Assembly (NCBI GenBank): GCA_964418865.1 | Contig: CAYQNT010000004.1 | Location: forward strand, 4,677 to 59,326 | Direction of reading: 5' to 3' | Source: an uncultured Rikenella sp. | Lineage (GTDB): Bacteria > Bacteroidota > Bacteroidia > Bacteroidales > VadinHA17 | Length of the DNA stretch: 54,650 nt | Translations under genes and position numbers: made by a program | The notes under the pieces: model-generated | Database searches by the model: none | The model's input: the letters and a program-made list of their open reading frames with translations, nothing else | What the model was told of the DNA's origin: nothing | Shown here: piece by piece, positions 1 through 7,295 of the stretch | How positions within the stretch are numbered: position 1 is the first letter of the stretch | How the letters are laid out: every line of letters starts with the position of its first letter

Positions 1-341
1 TTTTTCTGGTCTATCACTCGCTCAGGCTTAACCTTAGGATAGTCAGCTCCATGGGGGCCGGTGGCAAGTATGACCCCACAACAATCAGGGTGGCTGATAT
101 CTCAGAGACAAACTTCTGCCACCTTGCCCGCCTGCTCAGGAAAAAGCTCCACAAGCTGGGGGTGAATCAGGGCTTTCAGGCTGTATACAGTCCTGAGGTT
201 GTAGATAAGGAACTTATTGTCCGCGGCTCTGATGAGTGCAATAAGGCCTCCGGTGTTGGTACAATGTCTTACATGCCTGCCGCCTTCGGCATTGCCTGTG
301 CCTCGGTTGTCATCAGGGATCTGGCAGGTATCCCGCGGTAG
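1..341 (+). CDS. tcdA: tRNA threonylcarbamoyladenosine dehydratase (TcdA/CsdL, ThiF/MoeB fold), C-terminal part; the 5' end lies outside the window
   Basis: Frame 3 is open from base 3. The translation ...IVSSMGAGGKYDPTTIRVADISETNFCHLARLLRKKL... matches by eye the C-terminal half of E. coli TcdA (GAGGQIDPT...). Stop TAG at 339-341. Confidence 0.75.
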   Translation, partial: FLVYHSLRLNLRIVSSMGAGGKYDPTTIRVADISETNFCHLARLLRKKLHKLGVNQGFQAVYSPEVVDKELIVRGSDECNKASGVGTMSYMPAAFGIACASVVIRDLAGIPR

Positions 342-350
342 GGATAGCCC

Positions 351-483
351 TCAGTCTTCAGTCTTCAGTCTTCAGCCCTCAGTCCTCAGTCCTCAGTCCT
401 CAGTCTTCAGCCCTCAGTCACTACTGCCGACTGGCACCATGCTCCTTGCTCCTTGCCCCATGCCCCATGCTACTTGCTACTTA
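351..483. repeat. In-register heptanucleotide array: 10 x TCAGYCY, then CTACTGC, CGACTGG, CACCATG, 2 x CTCCTTG, 2 x CCCCATG, CTACTTG, CTACTTA
   Basis: Direct reading: 19 consecutive 7-nt units with no register shift. They fill the gap between convergent tcdA (stop at 341) and the HMA gene (stop at 481-483). Confidence 0.9.
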
Positions 484-789
484 TTTCTTTTCTTTGATCT
501 CTTTTGCAGTGTATCCCAGCTTCTCAAGTGATCTTTTCAGCGTCTCAGGTTTGATCTTGTCATCCTGATACTGAATGGTTACCTCTTTTGTTGGGATGTC
601 GCACTTCACATCCTTTACTCCTTTTTCAAATGGGATGTTTTTCATTATAGTGTTGACGCAGTTTTGGCAGTCGATGCTCGTTTCGAACCTGACTGTTGAG
701 AGCGCTTTCTCTTTCTTGTCTTGCGCTGACAGTGTCAGTGCAGAGAAGAGGAAAATCAATGTGGCTGTGACAATAGTGTTTCTTTTCAT
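481..789 (-). CDS. Secreted heavy-metal-associated (HMA) domain protein
   Basis: Signal peptide MKRNTIVTATLIFLFSALTLSAQ, then a ~70-aa HMA-like domain with a CxxC metal site (SIDCQNC). Lies 29 nt downstream of the TonB-dependent receptor on the same strand. Confidence 0.8.
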   Translation of the reverse strand: MKRNTIVTATLIFLFSALTLSAQDKKEKALSTVRFETSIDCQNCVNTIMKNIPFEKGVKDVKCDIPTKEVTIQYQDDKIKPETLKRSLEKLGYTAKEIKEKK

Positions 790-818
790 AATAGTGGATA
801 TATTTAATTTGATAATTG

Positions 819-3077
819 TTAATTCTCATCACGGGCCAGGGCAAACCTGAAACCGGCATACAGCTTGCGTCCATGCACCGGGCCCCAGATCATTCCTGAG
901 TCAAAGTATTCACTGAAGGGATTATCAGCGGCAATGATAGCATCATGTTGTCTTGAGCCGGTGATGTTTTCTGCTCCTATGTAGACGCTCCATTTCCTGA
1001 AGTATTTTGTTATCTGTGCATTCATGACAGGATAGGCGTTGAAATGGTCTGGTCTTATGTAGGGACCGGGGTTTGACATGGTTGAGGGTATTCTGCCCGG
1101 GCCGTTATACTGCAGGGTATAATCTACCTGCCATTTTCTCATGTGGGTGGTATATGATGCAGTCAGCAGCCCCTTGTAACGAGAAGCGAGTGGCTTTTCA
1201 CGCAGCTCACCACCGATTGTCTGCCATACATCGTTCCATCGCCATGCGGCAGTGATATCGAGCCCTGTCAACAGCTGCATCTGTGCCTCCAGCTGGAAGA
1301 CATTAGACCATGATTTGCCATTGAGGTTATAAAAGAGCACCTGGTCAATGTTTGAATCCAGGTCGGTCACTATCTGCCTGACGAAACTGGTCCGGTATGC
1401 TTCACCTGAGACTCTCAGCTCACGGCTTCCAATGGGGATATAGCCTGTGAGGTTAATGCCGGCGTTCCATGCCTCCTCAATATCAAGGTCGTTGGCTATG
1501 ATAATAGTCCTGCTGCTTGCCAGGTAGAACATATTCTCAGCCATGACATGCACGGTCCGGAATCCTTTGCCGGCAGAGGCTCTGAGGGTCATCTTTGGTG
1601 TTATCTCATAGCGAAGGTGAATCCGTGGTGTGAACTGTGCGCCATGATTCTGGTAGAAGTCGTATCTCACACCGGCGATAAGGGTCATTTTTGCTGAGTC
1701 AGTGTAGGTGTACTGTAAAAACACACCAGGGACTGATTCTATGGTTTCGCCAGCCAGGTCAGGCACTATATTACCCGGTAATGATTCATAAGCGCCACGC
1801 ATTTCATCATAGTGGTCATAGCGGTAGCTTACCCCTGCATCAATGGTATGCTTCTCTGCAGGGAAATACTGATAGAGAAGATTTGTGTAGTAGCTCTTTT
1901 GGGTGGCATCATAGGTGTTAAAGCCCATCCATGAGTTCATATCATGATATGTCATGCTCTGTATCCATCCCAGTGACATCTTCTCTGACGGACCAAACAT
2001 GCCTCCAAGTTTTGTGAAAGCCTCCAGACGTTCGGTGCCTATGTTAATACCGTAGCCGCTGTCCCATGTGTTTGCGTCGTTACGGTCATATTCAAACTGC
2101 CCGCCTATTCTCTCCTCCTTCAAGTATTTGATGCCTGTACGGAAGGTAAGATTGTTGGTCAGGTAGTCCCAGCGGTTCATGAAGCTATACTGTCTTACAT
2201 CAGGTTCATCACGAAAGCCGTCGTTATTATGGTCTTTGGCGCCAGACTGTGTTTCACCGTGCGCCAGGATCATGGTGCTCCAGAACTCATTAAGTATGAC
2301 GGAAGCATCGGCATTTGATTCTATTTTACCGGCATCGCTAACAAATCCGTTGACAAAAACCTTGTCGCTGGTAGCCGGCTTTTTATACTCTACATTGATC
2401 TGGCCGGTGATTGATTCATTGCCGTTCCGCACTGATGATGTTCCCTTGGACACCTGGATAGATTCCATCCATGGTCCGGGAATGTACGAGAGGCCGTAAG
2501 CAGCTCCGAGGCCGTACATGGAAGGGATGTTCTCCGTAAGGATCTGTACGTATGAGCCGGCAAGGCCGAGCAGCTGTATCTGTTTTGCCCCGGTGGCTGC
2601 ATCAGCATAATTGACATCAACGGAAGCGTTGGTGACAAAGCTCTCAGAGAGGTTGCAGCATGCTGCCTTGCACAATTCAGCACCTGTGATCTTAACGGTT
2701 GCAATGGTTGCATCACGGTCAAGATGTGCTCCGGTGGCACGTCCGATCACAGTAACCTCAGTGATCATACTGTTCTCAGTAAGGATGATCTCAATATATT
2801 CATCACCGGGTTCTACTCTGACTGTATCAGTAGTGTAACCAATGAAGCTTGTAACAAGAAGATTCTTGTCTTTGACTTTTTTCAGCGAGAAGTAACCGGC
2901 GGCATTCGTTGAGGTGCCTGTGGTAGTTCCTGCCCAGACAACGTTTGCTCCGGGGAGGCTTGTTTCATCCGGCGCTCCGCCTGCACCGGAAATCATCACC
3001 TTACCCTCAATCCTTCCCTGAGCAAAGGTTAAGGTGGGGATGATCATCATAATGAGTATGAATATTTTTCTGTTCAT
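819..3077 (-). CDS. TonB-dependent outer-membrane receptor with N-terminal carboxypeptidase-regulatory-like domain
   Basis: 752 aa with a signal peptide, a CarboxypepD_reg-like segment (GRIEGKVM...NAAGYFSL), then plug and barrel with an aromatic C-terminal strand (KLYAGFRFAL). No SusD partner, so it is not a SusC-type PUL transporter. Confidence 0.85.
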   Translation of the reverse strand: MNRKIFILIMMIIPTLTFAQGRIEGKVMISGAGGAPDETSLPGANVVWAGTTTGTSTNAAGYFSLKKVKDKNLLVTSFIGYTTDTVRVEPGDEYIEIILTENSMITEVTVIGRATGAHLDRDATIATVKITGAELCKAACCNLSESFVTNASVDVNYADAATGAKQIQLLGLAGSYVQILTENIPSMYGLGAAYGLSYIPGPWMESIQVSKGTSSVRNGNESITGQINVEYKKPATSDKVFVNGFVSDAGKIESNADASVILNEFWSTMILAHGETQSGAKDHNNDGFRDEPDVRQYSFMNRWDYLTNNLTFRTGIKYLKEERIGGQFEYDRNDANTWDSGYGINIGTERLEAFTKLGGMFGPSEKMSLGWIQSMTYHDMNSWMGFNTYDATQKSYYTNLLYQYFPAEKHTIDAGVSYRYDHYDEMRGAYESLPGNIVPDLAGETIESVPGVFLQYTYTDSAKMTLIAGVRYDFYQNHGAQFTPRIHLRYEITPKMTLRASAGKGFRTVHVMAENMFYLASSRTIIIANDLDIEEAWNAGINLTGYIPIGSRELRVSGEAYRTSFVRQIVTDLDSNIDQVLFYNLNGKSWSNVFQLEAQMQLLTGLDITAAWRWNDVWQTIGGELREKPLASRYKGLLTASYTTHMRKWQVDYTLQYNGPGRIPSTMSNPGPYIRPDHFNAYPVMNAQITKYFRKWSVYIGAENITGSRQHDAIIAADNPFSEYFDSGMIWGPVHGRKLYAGFRFALARDEN

Positions 3078-3211
3078 AGGGAAAAATGTTGGAAATTATA
3101 GTGTTTACAATTTAGAGGGGCACTGTATTCAAGGCCACTGCGATTACACACACAACCAATTACGGTGATCATGGTGCCATGATCCCGAATTGTGTTGTCC
3201 CTATGAATGAT

Positions 3212-3640
3212 TCACGATCTTATCTGACAATGCATTGTTGTCAGATCACATCCGTAGTGAAACGGATTGACATGGAAGAATGTAAGACTGCTTTGTTCCG
3301 GCAGTTCAGGGATAATACCCACGACGGTTGCTACTGCGAAATAAGGAATGATTTCATTCTGTATTTTACTAATCACCAGCTCGTCAGTGACAATCCGTTC
3401 CGTGTCATGCGTGCAGCAGTCGTCAGAAAAGACCATCTCACCGTTGCTGTGATGGTGCAGGCCATCCGTGGCTTCATGCGTGCAGCAGCAAATATCATCA
3501 TTGTCATTGCCTGCGAGCATGGCAATGATCTCCTCTGTGCCGCAGTGCAGGCAGTTATGCCTTATCAGGGTATAGCCGAGGCTACCTGACAACATCAGCA
3601 TCATCAGCACTGTTGCAATAAAAGGAGATATCTTCCGCAT
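3212..3640 (-). CDS. Small Cys/His-rich membrane-anchored protein (resembles the Bacteroidota HYC_CC_PP-type proteins found next to TonB receptor/HMA genes)
   Basis: N-terminal hydrophobic anchor (MRKISPFIATVLMMLMLSGS), then HNCLHCG, DDICCCTHE, GLHHHSNG and DDCCTHD clusters. First gene of the TBDR-HMA operon. Start moved to the ATG at 3640 because a TATATTTG -7 box (3655-3662) lies inside the longer ORF. Confidence 0.55.
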   Translation of the reverse strand: MRKISPFIATVLMMLMLSGSLGYTLIRHNCLHCGTEEIIAMLAGNDNDDICCCTHEATDGLHHHSNGEMVFSDDCCTHDTERIVTDELVISKIQNEIIPYFAVATVVGIIPELPEQSSLTFFHVNPFHYGCDLTTMHCQIRS

Positions 3641-3654
3641 GCTTTTCACGATTG

Positions 3655-3662
3655 CAAATATA
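3655..3662 (-). promoter_or_regulatory. Candidate Bacteroidota -7 promoter box (TATATTTG on the minus strand)
   Basis: Plus strand reads CAAATATA, 15 nt upstream of the ATG at 3640. It matches the TAnnTTTG consensus of Bacteroidota sigma-A promoters. Confidence 0.3.
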
Positions 3663-3702
3663 ACAACATAATTCATACAATTGTTGAGTAGATACTGGCC
3701 TG

Positions 3703-3831
3703 AGACCTGCCTCTGCCATAATCAGCACAATTGCTTGTATAAAAGGTAAAGGCAGATCTAAGACCTGCCTCTGCAGTAATCAGCCCGCCTGATTGTATAA
3801 AAGGTAAGGGCAGGTCTGGGACCTGCTTCTG
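3703..3831. repeat. 58-bp tandem repeat, about 2.2 copies, each unit carrying hairpins
   Basis: Units start at 3703, 3761 and 3819 (AGACCTGCCTCTGC...TTGTATAAAAGGTAARGGCAGRTCT). GGCAGGTC/GACCTGC(C) inverted repeats bridge the unit junctions. Lies immediately 3' of the kbp stop (3832-3834). Confidence 0.85.
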
Positions 3832-4293
3832 CTATTCAATTGGTGGAATGACAAGAACCTGACCTGGATAGATTAAGTCCGGGTCTTTCAGCATCGGTTT
3901 GTTGGCTTCAAAGATGATTGGATATTTCTTTGCATCGCCATATACTTGTTTAGCAATCTTGGAAAGATAATCGCCTTTTTTTACAGTGTAGAACTGCTTT
4001 TCCGGGGCTGGCGGGGCTACAGGCTGCGGTGCCATGACCAGCAGATGGTCTTCAATGGATGAGATACCTTCGATGTTTCCGGCCGTTACAATAATTTTGT
4101 TCTTATTGGCCAGAGTATCAACCTCACCTGTAAGTATCACTTTCTCATCATCAACGGCCACCTTGACCTTGCTGACATCAAAACCGAATTTTTTTATATG
4201 TTCGGTAATCAGGAGAGCCTTTTGCTCTTCACGTTTTTCTTCAGACTTGAAGATTTTGGCTCCTGCATTCTTAATGAACGATATAAGTCCCAT
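3832..4293 (-). CDS. kbp: Potassium-binding BON + LysM domain protein (Kbp/YgaU homologue)
   Basis: MGLISFIKNAGAKIF... N-terminus, BON-like middle region and C-terminal LysM (FYTVKKGDYLSKIAKQVYGDAKKYPIIFEANKPMLKDPDLIYPGQVLVIP). Colinear with E. coli YgaU/Kbp. Confidence 0.85.
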   Translation of the reverse strand: MGLISFIKNAGAKIFKSEEKREEQKALLITEHIKKFGFDVSKVKVAVDDEKVILTGEVDTLANKNKIIVTAGNIEGISSIEDHLLVMAPQPVAPPAPEKQFYTVKKGDYLSKIAKQVYGDAKKYPIIFEANKPMLKDPDLIYPGQVLVIPPIE

Positions 4294-4307
4294 TTTTTTC
4301 GTACTAA

Positions 4308-4508
4308 TTAAATTACTTCAAATGAAATTTTAACATTCACCCGGTATTCGGTGATCTTGTTCTTGACTACCACCGCGCTCTGCTCCTTGACATACACAGA
4401 ACGGATCTCCTTAACTGTCTTGGCTGCCACTTTTACGGCAGCAGCTGTTGCATCTTCCCAGCTAACAGGTGATGATGCAAGAATCTCAATTACTTTTAAT
4501 ATTGCCAT
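4308..4508 (-). CDS. Dodecin-family flavin-binding protein
   Basis: 66 aa. ILKVIEILASSPVSWEDATAAAVKVAAKTVKEIRSVYV...YRVNVKISFEV matches the dodecin fold pattern (VYKxxELxGSSxxSxEdA...). Confidence 0.75.
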   Translation of the reverse strand: MAILKVIEILASSPVSWEDATAAAVKVAAKTVKEIRSVYVKEQSAVVVKNKITEYRVNVKISFEVI

Positions 4509-4666
4509 ATTATTTAAGAATTAATTGGTTAATAATAAAAATTGATCTAATACTTTGATTCTGTTTTGCTATGATTTGTAAGTTAGTTAAATTTTTTGTC
4601 ATTATCAGATTTTGAGTGCCAAATATTGATAATGTAGTCTTTAGGATAATTTATCATTTGAATTAT

Positions 4667-4674
4667 TATATTTG
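4667..4674 (+). promoter_or_regulatory. Candidate -7 promoter box TATATTTG upstream of mscL
   Basis: Exact TAnnTTTG match, 47 nt upstream of the mscL ATG, in an AT-rich divergent intergenic region. Confidence 0.35.
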
Positions 4675-4720
4675 TGATCTGTTAACCTGATCATCTTTTC
4701 TAACCAATAAACATCTGAAT

Positions 4721-5152
4721 ATGGGAATTGTTAAAGAATTCAAGGAATTTGCCGTAAAAGGCAATATGCTTGACATGGCCGTTGGTATCATCATCGGCAG
4801 CGCTTTTGGAAAGATTATCTCCTCACTGGTAAATGACGTGCTCATGCCACCGCTGGGTATGTTGCTGGGTAAGGTAGACTTCACCAATCTCAAGGCGGTA
4901 CTCCAGAAAGGCAATGATGCAGTAATGGACGGTGCCGCAGTAATCACGCCTGCTGTCAGCGAGGTGTCAATCAATTATGGGATGTTCATTCAGACTATGA
5001 TTGACTTCACTATTGTTGCCTTCTGTATCTTCCTGGTGATAAAGGGCATGAATAGCCTCAAGAAGAAGGAAGAAGCAGCTCCTGCTGCACCTCCTCCGCC
5101 AAGTGATGAAGTTCAACTGCTGAAAGAGATCCGCGACCTGCTTAAAAAATAA
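4721..5152 (+). CDS. mscL: Large-conductance mechanosensitive channel
   Basis: [42 protein letters not shown] is the canonical MscL N-terminus/TM1. Size (143 aa) is typical. Confidence 0.95.
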   Translation: MGIVKEFKEFAVKGNMLDMAVGIIIGSAFGKIISSLVNDVLMPPLGMLLGKVDFTNLKAVLQKGNDAVMDGAAVITPAVSEVSINYGMFIQTMIDFTIVAFCIFLVIKGMNSLKKKEEAAPAAPPPPSDEVQLLKEIRDLLKK

Positions 5153-5292
5153 CCTGTAATACAATTTTCCAGGTTAAAAATTGTTTGCATATTAGCAGAC
5201 AATAAAGTTATGGCAAGAATCAAAAGATACTATTGGTGGCGCAGGCTCTTTCCCGACAGGGGATAAGCCGGTCTTAAGGTAATATATTCAGC

Positions 5293-5327
5293 AAAAAAAA
5301 GGCTGCAGTCGGTGACTGCGGCCTTTT
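5293..5327. terminator. Bidirectional intrinsic terminator between convergent mscL and hflC
   Basis: A8, then GGCTGCAGTC-ggt-GACTGCGGCC (10-bp stem with one G-U pair), then T4. Confidence 0.8.
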
Positions 5328-5351
5328 GTATGGCATAATGGTGCCTTATGA

Positions 5352-6302
5352 TCAGTTGAACCCGTTCAGATATCTGTAGAGCTCACTGTCAGTTGACACT
5401 ATCATTGTGGTGGTTGAGTCAAAGGTCATACGAAATGCCTCCATTGACTTCAGGAAGCCATATAGGTTTCGTGATGCCGGAGTCTTGTTATAGGCGTCAG
5501 CGTATATAGCTGCTGCTTTGGCATCAGCGCGGCCACGTATCTCCTCCGCCTGACGGAAAGCTTCTGACTGAATGTTTTTCAGGTCACGTTCCTTTTCACC
5601 GTTTATCTTTGATGCTTCACCCTGGCCTTCTGACCTGAACCTCTCTGCAATACGATATCGCTCGCTTTTCATGCGCTCATATATCTGTGTTCTGACCTCC
5701 TCAACATAATTGAGACGCTTGATTCTTACATCAAGGATCACAATGCCAAGGTCACTGGCCTTCTGATTGGCTGAGATCAGAATCATGTCCTCTATCTTCT
5801 GCCTGCCGGTTACAATGTCTGCCAGCGTGTCTCCTGTCTCTTCGCCTATCAGTCCTGACGAGGCAGGTATCCTGTTAACGGAGCGTACTACCTCTTCCAG
5901 GTTATGGCTTGCAATATGGTCACGGGTCTCACTGTCAAGGATATCTGCCAGTCTCGACTGCGCCCCTCTCTCATCCGTCAGTCTCTTGAAGAACTGAAGC
6001 GGATCAGTGATCTGCCAGCGGGCATATGTATCTACATAGATGAACTTCTTATCTTTTGTGGGTACCTGGTTTGGGTCGCCGTCCCACTCCATATACCTCT
6101 TCTCAAAGTAGTTAACTCTCTGGATGAAGGGTACCTTAAGCTTTAGTCCGGGGGTTATCTTGGCTTCACCCACAGGCTTGCCGAACTGGGTCACGACAAC
6201 CTGTTGGGTCTCCTTTACCATGTATACGCACTCAAGAATCAGCAGGAGGAGAACCAATAGTGAGGAGAGGATAACAATCAGTCTGGTTGTATTTGAAGTC
6301 AT
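5352..6302 (-). CDS. hflC: Protease modulator HflC (SPFH/band-7 family)
   Basis: N-terminal TM and an SPFH domain (VVVTQFGKPVG...LKLKVPFIQRV). Lies directly downstream of hflK with a 3-nt gap. Confidence 0.85.
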   Translation of the reverse strand: MTSNTTRLIVILSSLLVLLLLILECVYMVKETQQVVVTQFGKPVGEAKITPGLKLKVPFIQRVNYFEKRYMEWDGDPNQVPTKDKKFIYVDTYARWQITDPLQFFKRLTDERGAQSRLADILDSETRDHIASHNLEEVVRSVNRIPASSGLIGEETGDTLADIVTGRQKIEDMILISANQKASDLGIVILDVRIKRLNYVEEVRTQIYERMKSERYRIAERFRSEGQGEASKINGEKERDLKNIQSEAFRQAEEIRGRADAKAAAIYADAYNKTPASRNLYGFLKSMEAFRMTFDSTTTMIVSTDSELYRYLNGFN

Positions 6303-6305
6303 AGA

Positions 6306-7283
6306 TTACTTTTTTAAATTGAGTTGCATCTGTAAAAGAGGAAGAAGATTTTTGCCGCCTTCATCAGTGATTATCTTGTTGCCGGCTTTAGGGATTATCT
6401 CTTCCATAGTCTCGAGGTAGATCCTGCGTTTGGTCACTTCAGGAGCTTTCATATACTCATAATAGAGAGCATTAAATCGTGAGGATTCACCAAGGGCATT
6501 GTTCACCCTTTCGGTGGCATATCCTTCTGACCGCTGGATAGTCTCATCAGCCTGACCCTTTGCACGGGGGATAACTTTATTATACTCTGAGCGGGCCTGA
6601 TTAATGAGTGTTTCCCTCTCCTGTTGAGCCTGGTTGACATCATTGAATGCATCCTTCACCTGATCCGGCGGATTGACATCTTGCAGCACCACCTGTTCTA
6701 TCCTTATGCCCAGTGAATATTCCGTACACAGCGTCTGCATCTTTTGATGTACGCTTGATGCGATCTCAGCTCTTCCGACTGTAAGCACTTCGTTGACAGT
6801 GCGGTCACCAACTATCTCCCGCATACAAGCCTCTGCGATGTCACGGAGGGCAATCTGCGGGTCTACCACCTTGAAGAGATAGCTGTATGGGTCTTCAATG
6901 CGATACTGCACCACCCACTCCACATCTGCAAGGTTCAGGTCGCCGGTAAGCATCAATGATTCATCCGTTGTTCCTCTCTTGGTATAATCTGATTTTATAC
7001 CTGATGTGGTGGTTCTGAAACCGAACTCCTCCTTCTGCTGCCTCTCCACGGCAACTTTGTACAGCGTTTCTATAATCGGGATCTTTACATTGAGCCCCGA
7101 TTCAACCTTACGCACATATTTCCCGAAACGGGTTATTATACCCACCTCTTCGGGTTGAATCTGGAATAGAGAGGTTGCAAGTAGAAACAGGATTAACGCG
7201 GCTATAATTCCGTATTTCGCATAAAGCCGGTCTTGATCTGTCCAGGCCCTGCCGCCTGGTCCTCTGAATGTTGTTTGTGCCAA
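6306..7283 (-). CDS. hflK: Protease modulator HflK (SPFH/band-7 family)
   Basis: TM segment plus SPFH domain (VGIITRFGKYVRKVESGLNVKIPIIETL), followed by a coiled-coil-like C-terminus. Paired with hflC. Confidence 0.85.
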   Translation of the reverse strand: MAQTTFRGPGGRAWTDQDRLYAKYGIIAALILFLLATSLFQIQPEEVGIITRFGKYVRKVESGLNVKIPIIETLYKVAVERQQKEEFGFRTTTSGIKSDYTKRGTTDESLMLTGDLNLADVEWVVQYRIEDPYSYLFKVVDPQIALRDIAEACMREIVGDRTVNEVLTVGRAEIASSVHQKMQTLCTEYSLGIRIEQVVLQDVNPPDQVKDAFNDVNQAQQERETLINQARSEYNKVIPRAKGQADETIQRSEGYATERVNNALGESSRFNALYYEYMKAPEVTKRRIYLETMEEIIPKAGNKIITDEGGKNLLPLLQMQLNLKK

Positions 7284-7295
7284 TTGAGTATTTTT

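Noticed and set aside
217-531. 104-aa plus-strand ORF (...SPQSSVFSLQPSVLSPQSSVFSPQS...), and the analogous 95-aa ORF at 21197-21484
   Set aside because: Both are read-throughs of the 7-nt tandem arrays. They overlap the well-supported 3' ends of tcdA and the winged-helix gene in another frame. Their low-complexity SPQSSV periodicity simply reflects a 7-nt repeat read in three frames.
5210-5266. 18-codon ORF MARIKRYYWWRRLFPDRG between mscL and the bidirectional terminator
   Set aside because: It is very short, has no recognisable promoter box and no family I recognise, and it lies inside a 3' UTR-like region. I cannot distinguish it from chance without ribosome profiling or conservation data.
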